NCBI GenBank assembly: GCA_965216565.1 | Contig: OZ244170.1 | Span: 2,400,001 to 2,464,000 of the forward strand | Length of the DNA: 64,000 nucleotides | Origin: Bythopirellula sp. | Lineage (GTDB): Bacteria; Planctomycetota; Planctomycetia; Pirellulales; Lacipirellulaceae | Direction of reading: 5' to 3' | In this document: positions 59,222-64,000 of the stretch, in pieces | How the letters are laid out: the number at the start of each line of letters is the position of its first letter | Numbering within the stretch: the stretch's first letter is position 1 | The notes under the pieces: generated by a model | Database searches by the model: none | Seen by the model: only the letters and a program-made list of their open reading frames with translations | What the model was told of the DNA's origin: nothing | Translations under genes and position numbers: made by a program

Positions 59222-61921
59222 ATGGGCGCTCGAACTGTATTCTTGGCCTTGTTGGCCTTCTTGCTTAGTTACTGCTGCAATTCAGCATCGCAAGCGGCCG
59301 AGCTTGGTACCGTCTATTGGGAATCGGCCCATCTCTTAAACGTAAAAGAGCGTTCTGCGCATCCCGATCAAGAGCTAAAGCAGAGTCTTGATCTCCTGGA
59401 ATCGAATGCAGAGTTGGCTCTCCGGCGGGGGCCTTATTCCGTAATGGATAAGAAGGAAGTGCCTCCCAGCGGCGATAAGCACGACTACATGAGCTTCAGC
59501 CGGTACTGGTGGCCCAATCCCGAGACTGAAGACGGTTTGCCATACATTAGGAAAGATGGCCAAGTGAACCGCAAGCTTCGTCAAAGGGGAGATCGTGATC
59601 GCGTCGGCATGCTGATGGAAGATGTCGAGACTTTATCGTTAGCGGCCTTCCTCTTGGAAAAAGAATCCTTCGCTAATCACGCGACGAAACTCATCCGGGT
59701 TTGGTTTCTCGATCCAAAAACACGGATGAACCCCAACCTAAAATATGGCCAAGCTGTGCCTGGTCGCTCTGTTGGACGCGGCGTTGGCATCATCGACACT
59801 CGCGGGTTCCTAAAAATCTTGGACGCGGTCGCTCTACTGAGTTCAATGGATGCGATTGAAGAAACCGAAGTGGCGCAACTTCGCGAGTGGTTCTCGGAAT
59901 ATCTCGACTGGCTCCTGACGAGTGAACTTGGCATTGATGAAGCCGCTCGCGAGAACAACCACGGCTCTTGGTATAGAGCACAGACCGCCAGGATCGCGCT
60001 ATTTGTTGGCAAGAAGGACACGGCATCGGAAATCGTCGAGAAGATCCGTCAAAAACGTATTGCAATGCAGTTTGAACCCGACGGGAGCCAACCGGAAGAA
60101 TTGGCGCGGACCCAATCTCTGCACTATAGCCTCTTCAACCTTAGTGCCCTATCGGTGGCAGCACGAGTAGGTGAGCATCTCGGCTTAGATCTTTGGAGCT
60201 CAGAAAACGGCGACAGTCTGCGGCCGGGAATCGACTTCTTATTGCCTTACTTAAACAAGAAAGAAAAGTGGCCGCACCCACAAATACACGATTACTCTAT
60301 GTCTCGTGGAACCGTTAATTTGCTGCGAATGGCCTCGATTCGTTATGACGATACAAAATATCTGGAGCCGATCAGCGAGAATAGCATCCGCCATCCTGAG
60401 TTCAATTACGCGGAGCTGTTGTTTCGCAAAAAAGATGGTTCCGACAAAACGCCTCGAGACACACGGATCGAAATCTCCACAAATCAGAAAGTTGGCAAGC
60501 CGAAGTACGATCTGCCAGACATTTCGGGGTTTACCAGGGAAAGTATCAAGGAGATGGTTCCAACTGAAAGGGAAGGGACCGCACAAGTAGGACCAACAGC
60601 AGGCGAAGCAATCCTCCGCGAGACCTTCCGCAAAGATCGTCTCAAAGACATGCAACAGAGACAGGGGACGAAATCAACTCAAGCCATCAAGTTGAGCGCC
60701 GGTGCTGTTTCTCTCCAGGATGTCGTATTGCAAATTGACAACGAGGAGATTATCTCTTCTGCTGCAGGCGTGGTTACGGTGCGGCTTCCCATTTTAATCG
60801 AGGCAGACGCCGCGTTGATTGTCGAGGGAGCATCGACCAAGGAAGTCCGATTATCGACAGATAGAGGGGCCTTAATCGCTAACGCTGGTCGGCTGTTCAT
60901 TCTGGATACGCAAGTCACGTCTTGGGATGAGCAATCGGGTTCGCCTACCGAGTGGAAAAGTAAAGAAAACTTCCGCCCATTTATCTCCTCGTATATCCGC
61001 TCCCAAACATTTCTGTCCGGCAGTGAATTTGTAAACTTGGGCTACCATGCGCCCACTTCTTACGGCCTGAGCCTGTCGAGCCAACCAGAACGCGAAGACC
61101 CGACCAAGAGAGCGCAATGGCCAACTGGCATCCTTGTCGACAACGAGTTCCGAGGTTTGTACTACGGCTTTTACTCGTATGAAGCGCGGGCTGTGAAGAT
61201 CATTGGCAACACCTATACCGACTGCATTCTGTACGGCATCGATCCTCACGATCGTTCCACCGAACTCGTCATTGCTCGAAACACTGCGACGGGTACGTTG
61301 GAGAAACACGGCATTATTGGCTCGCGTGGCATCAGCAACAGTTTTATCTTCGAGAACGTCTCCCATGACAATCACGGATCGGGAATCATGCTCGATCGCC
61401 AGTGCAAAGGAAACATTGTTTGCAACAATAAGGTATTCAACAACGGGCAGGGAATCGCAATTTACGAAAGCCGCGGCAACATCATCGCTGAAAACATGGT
61501 GGTGCAGAACAAGAAGTCAGGAATCCGAGTCCGCAATAGCCAAGGGACCGTTGTTGTGGAAAACGAAATTGTGGCGAACGGCGACTATGGGTTGGAGATC
61601 TATGCAAAGCAGCTCGACGATCATGCCAAACGCATGAAGCGAGGAGACTTATACGACGATTTCGTCTCGGTTTCTGTTTTCGGAAACGTGGTTGTGGGAA
61701 ATCAGGGAGGTATTGTCAAAGGCAATAACGTCTCCTATTTGGCAATGCGAGACATTCAAACTAAGACTAATCTAGACCAACTCGAAGCGAGTACGGGGCT
61801 AGCAAGTATCTCTCTCTACGACCAGGAAGACACTAGCTTTGGAAGCGAACTCAAGCAGTACTCTTCGCAGCTCGACCAGGTATTCGACGACTCACTTCCC
61901 TTAGTAGAGCTGCGACGATAA
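59222..61921 (+). CDS. Secreted fusion: PL38-type alginate/glucuronan lyase + AlgG-type mannuronan C5-epimerase
   Basis: N-half: PPSGDKHDYMS..RYWWP, PYIRKDG, TRMNPNL.YGQ, NNHG, ELART.SLHYS.FNL. C-half: LPDISGFT, RLPI, RLS.DRGA, FRPF, YYGFYSYEA, YGIDPHDRS, KHGII.SR, GIRVRNS. Confidence 0.85.
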   Translation: MGARTVFLALLAFLLSYCCNSASQAAELGTVYWESAHLLNVKERSAHPDQELKQSLDLLESNAELALRRGPYSVMDKKEVPPSGDKHDYMSFSRYWWPNPETEDGLPYIRKDGQVNRKLRQRGDRDRVGMLMEDVETLSLAAFLLEKESFANHATKLIRVWFLDPKTRMNPNLKYGQAVPGRSVGRGVGIIDTRGFLKILDAVALLSSMDAIEETEVAQLREWFSEYLDWLLTSELGIDEAARENNHGSWYRAQTARIALFVGKKDTASEIVEKIRQKRIAMQFEPDGSQPEELARTQSLHYSLFNLSALSVAARVGEHLGLDLWSSENGDSLRPGIDFLLPYLNKKEKWPHPQIHDYSMSRGTVNLLRMASIRYDDTKYLEPISENSIRHPEFNYAELLFRKKDGSDKTPRDTRIEISTNQKVGKPKYDLPDISGFTRESIKEMVPTEREGTAQVGPTAGEAILRETFRKDRLKDMQQRQGTKSTQAIKLSAGAVSLQDVVLQIDNEEIISSAAGVVTVRLPILIEADAALIVEGASTKEVRLSTDRGALIANAGRLFILDTQVTSWDEQSGSPTEWKSKENFRPFISSYIRSQTFLSGSEFVNLGYHAPTSYGLSLSSQPEREDPTKRAQWPTGILVDNEFRGLYYGFYSYEARAVKIIGNTYTDCILYGIDPHDRSTELVIARNTATGTLEKHGIIGSRGISNSFIFENVSHDNHGSGIMLDRQCKGNIVCNNKVFNNGQGIAIYESRGNIIAENMVVQNKKSGIRVRNSQGTVVVENEIVANGDYGLEIYAKQLDDHAKRMKRGDLYDDFVSVSVFGNVVVGNQGGIVKGNNVSYLAMRDIQTKTNLDQLEASTGLASISLYDQEDTSFGSELKQYSSQLDQVFDDSLPLVELRR

Positions 61922-62077
61922 CCTCTTGGTCACGTTTTATCTGCATCAAAAAGGTGGGGATTCTGTTCCCACTTGTGCTTCCTTGAGCGGCTCTTCAATC
62001 GCAACCTGCTTGAGTTGTAAGAGCGGCCGGCATCTTACGGCTTGCCAGTGGCTGTTGGCCACAATATCTGGTCAGCG

Positions 62078-62107
62078 CTGGCATAGTGTACAAATTAACA
62101 CTATACT
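62078..62107 (+). promoter_or_regulatory. Putative promoter with palindromic operator (candidate SOS box)
   Basis: CTGGCA-18 nt-TATACT; inverted repeat ATAGTGT-N8-ACACTAT (62083-62104), directly upstream of a Y-family polymerase. Confidence 0.65.
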
Positions 62108-62116
62108 CATCCGACT

Positions 62117-63304
62117 ATGATTGGTCACGTCGATGCCGACTGTTTTTACGTTTCTGCCGAGCGCGTTCGCTACCCGCACCTCAAGGGGATGCCGGTGGCC
62201 GTGCTGGGCAACCACGGTGCATGCGTCATTGCTAAGAGTTACGAAATGAAGGCCGCAGGTGTGCCAACCGGCGGCGCTATCTGGGAGGCGGTGCCAATCT
62301 GTCCTGAAGCGGTTTTCGTCAAGCGTGACTTCAAATGGTACGAGACTCTCTCACGACAAATGCTGGCGATCGTTCAGGAAGTCAGCCCCCAGGTGGAGTT
62401 CTATTCTATCGATGAGCAGTTTTTCAAAGCCATGGAACCCAATCATGGATTTGCCGAGCGATTGCAAGACGACGTGCTTCGTCGCGTGGGCGTACCGGTT
62501 TCGATTGGTATTGCGCCCACTAAGACGCTAGCCAAACTGATCTCCGACTCATCCAAACCCTTCGGCTGTGGGGTGGTAACCGATGACACCGAGCGGATCG
62601 AACTGCTGCGCAATACGCCCGTTTCAGAAGTGACTGGCATTGCCCGCCGGCGAGCCCAACATTTGGCCGATCATGGAATTCATACCTGCGAACAATTTGC
62701 GAATGCCGACCGGGCGTTCATTCGCTGGCTCCTCACCAAGAGTGGCGAAGACTTATGGTGGGAGCTCAACGGCACGCCGGTGATCCCAGTTCAGGTGAAG
62801 CGGCCCGAAAACAAATTCATCGCCCGCGGCGGATCCATTGGCCGAGCCAGTTGCGATCGTCAGCGGATCCAGGCCTTTATTGTTCGCAACGTGGAACGGC
62901 TAGTCGAAGCCCTGGCATATTACAAAGTCGCGTGCGATCAACTAACCTTGTCGCTACTATTTACAGAGTTCCCCGAGCGATCTGTACGAAGTAGCCTGCT
63001 AGGGAGCCGTGCCGATTTCGAAGCCCTACTAGAAGCCGCCCTATATTTGCTCCCCCAAGCATGGCAGCCTCCCTCGGCTAGCGTCCACTATATGCATGTC
63101 ATTGCCGGCAAGTTGCGGCCCATTGCTCAACGGCAACGGAGCTTATTTGACGAGTCGAAGCTGGCAGACATCAAGCACAACATCAATAATGAGGTAGGTC
63201 GCTTCGCACTACGTAGTGCAGCCACCTTGCCCCTGGTAGACGTCTACGGCGATTGTGCCAACAACTATGACATCTGCGACATCTACGGTAAAAGTTGTTT
63301 TTGA
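62117..63304 (+). CDS. Y-family DNA polymerase, UmuC-like
   Basis: HVDADCFYVSAER, CVIAKSYEMK..GV, YSIDE, GIAPTKTLAKL, GIARR; clamp-binding-like QRSLF. Confidence 0.9.
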   Translation: MIGHVDADCFYVSAERVRYPHLKGMPVAVLGNHGACVIAKSYEMKAAGVPTGGAIWEAVPICPEAVFVKRDFKWYETLSRQMLAIVQEVSPQVEFYSIDEQFFKAMEPNHGFAERLQDDVLRRVGVPVSIGIAPTKTLAKLISDSSKPFGCGVVTDDTERIELLRNTPVSEVTGIARRRAQHLADHGIHTCEQFANADRAFIRWLLTKSGEDLWWELNGTPVIPVQVKRPENKFIARGGSIGRASCDRQRIQAFIVRNVERLVEALAYYKVACDQLTLSLLFTEFPERSVRSSLLGSRADFEALLEAALYLLPQAWQPPSASVHYMHVIAGKLRPIAQRQRSLFDESKLADIKHNINNEVGRFALRSAATLPLVDVYGDCANNYDICDIYGKSCF

Positions 63305-63354
63305 TTCCTAGAATATCAACCGCTAACTCCTACCCCCCAACCCAAAATAAGCCC

Positions 63355-63831
63355 ATGTGCAAAGGCATCTCAATTACACGCGCCCGCATCCGTCAGGAAC
63401 TTTTCGAGCAGTACGAACTGGCACACCGCATTGCCACTCGCGGTGCCGATGCCCAAGAAGAATTACACTTTATGTATCCTGGCGCTCCACCAATCGAGTT
63501 GCCCGTGATCGATGGCGGGGATCTGGCTGTTTACGAATGGGGGAATCGCAACAACAAAGAGTCGAAGCTACCGAGTACCGGCTGGTGCCGGATCGAAAGC
63601 CTGGAGGCCGGCAAGTGGCGTTGGCTACGACCAGAAAAAGTAACGATCCCCGCCGACTTTGGCTTAGAGAAATCAGTGTGGTTTGCCATCGAAGAAGGCA
63701 TGGAGGGCATTCTTGTCCGCGACGAACAGGAACGGCCACACGTGTACATGCTCACCCAAGCGGCCAGCACCTATTACGAAAACATGACGCGCCACAACCG
63801 CATGCCGATTTTGCTGGGCCAGGATATTTGA
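63355..63831 (+). CDS. Divergent, shortened SRAP (SOS response-associated peptidase, YedK/HMCES)-like protein
   Basis: Starting at ATG 63355 gives Met-Cys; also WG, RIES, IPADFGLE, MLT and HNRMPIL, matching SRAP Cys/Glu/His motifs. Confidence 0.65.
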   Translation: MCKGISITRARIRQELFEQYELAHRIATRGADAQEELHFMYPGAPPIELPVIDGGDLAVYEWGNRNNKESKLPSTGWCRIESLEAGKWRWLRPEKVTIPADFGLEKSVWFAIEEGMEGILVRDEQERPHVYMLTQAASTYYENMTRHNRMPILLGQDI

Positions 63832-63859
63832 AGATGCGAATGACTCTCCGTTTGAGTGC

Positions 63860-64000
63860 GTAGGGTGTGCCAGAGCAACGCGGCGGCACACCGAAACGGA
63901 TCGGTGTATATTCTCACTCTCGGTGGGCCTGGCGGCACCACCCTACAAAAGTTAGATGATTGTTGGCTCGCGCTTCATCGACTTTGTCAGAACGTAGGGT
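63860..64000. repeat. GTAG-type REP elements (inverted doublet plus start of a third copy)
   Basis: GTAG-GGTGTGCC...GGCACACC (63860-63892); inverted copy CGGTGGGCC...GGCACCACCCTAC (63921-63946); GTAGGGT at 63994-64000. Confidence 0.7.

Noticed and set aside
59222..61921. AlgG-like domain as evidence of an alginate biosynthesis operon
   Set aside because: No polymerase, GDP-mannose dehydrogenase, acetylation or export genes in the window; the context is catabolic.
63295..63354. Upstream TTG start for the last ORF as given in the ORF track
   Set aside because: The extension looks non-coding, and ATG 63355 places Cys at position 2 as SRAP proteins require.

Overview
Bacterial DNA, almost certainly from a planctomycete (Pirellulales-like). 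This is inferred from the DUF1559 pilin-like gene, the DUF1553/DUF1501 pair, the 'LEERKVLS' export motif and five PEP-CTERM proteins, three with dockerin-like repeats. Layout: (1) 1-15 kb: housekeeping and envelope genes (SNF2 helicase, PEP-CTERM protein, secreted S1 protease, TPR protein, ABC permease, two CNNM/CBS proteins, bile acid:Na symporter-like). (2) 15.2-18.0 kb: an accessory three-gene cassette, TcmP methyltransferase-like / DUF5131 (Gp37-Gp68 three-Cys) / DUF6602 nuclease-like. (3) rpmE-prfA-prmC followed by a small stress/signalling block. (4) 27.1-61.9 kb: a ~35 kb alginate/uronan utilisation region with PL6, a GH88-like protein, KdgK, Eda, SDRs, Nramp-fold transporters, AraC and XylR regulators, and a PEP-CTERM/DUF1559 module. 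It ends in an unusual PL38 lyase-AlgG-type C5-epimerase fusion. (5) A UmuC-like Y-family polymerase with a miniature SRAP-like partner, then GTAG-type REP repeats. The strongest novel signals are the lyase-epimerase fusion in a catabolic locus, and a shared palindrome (AGTGTAC-N4-NNNCACT) overlapping the predicted promoters of both the polymerase operon and the TcmP-DUF5131-DUF6602 cassette, which suggests a common SOS-like regulon. No rRNA, tRNA, CRISPR array, transposase or integrase was recognised. All family calls are by motif recognition by eye, not database searches.
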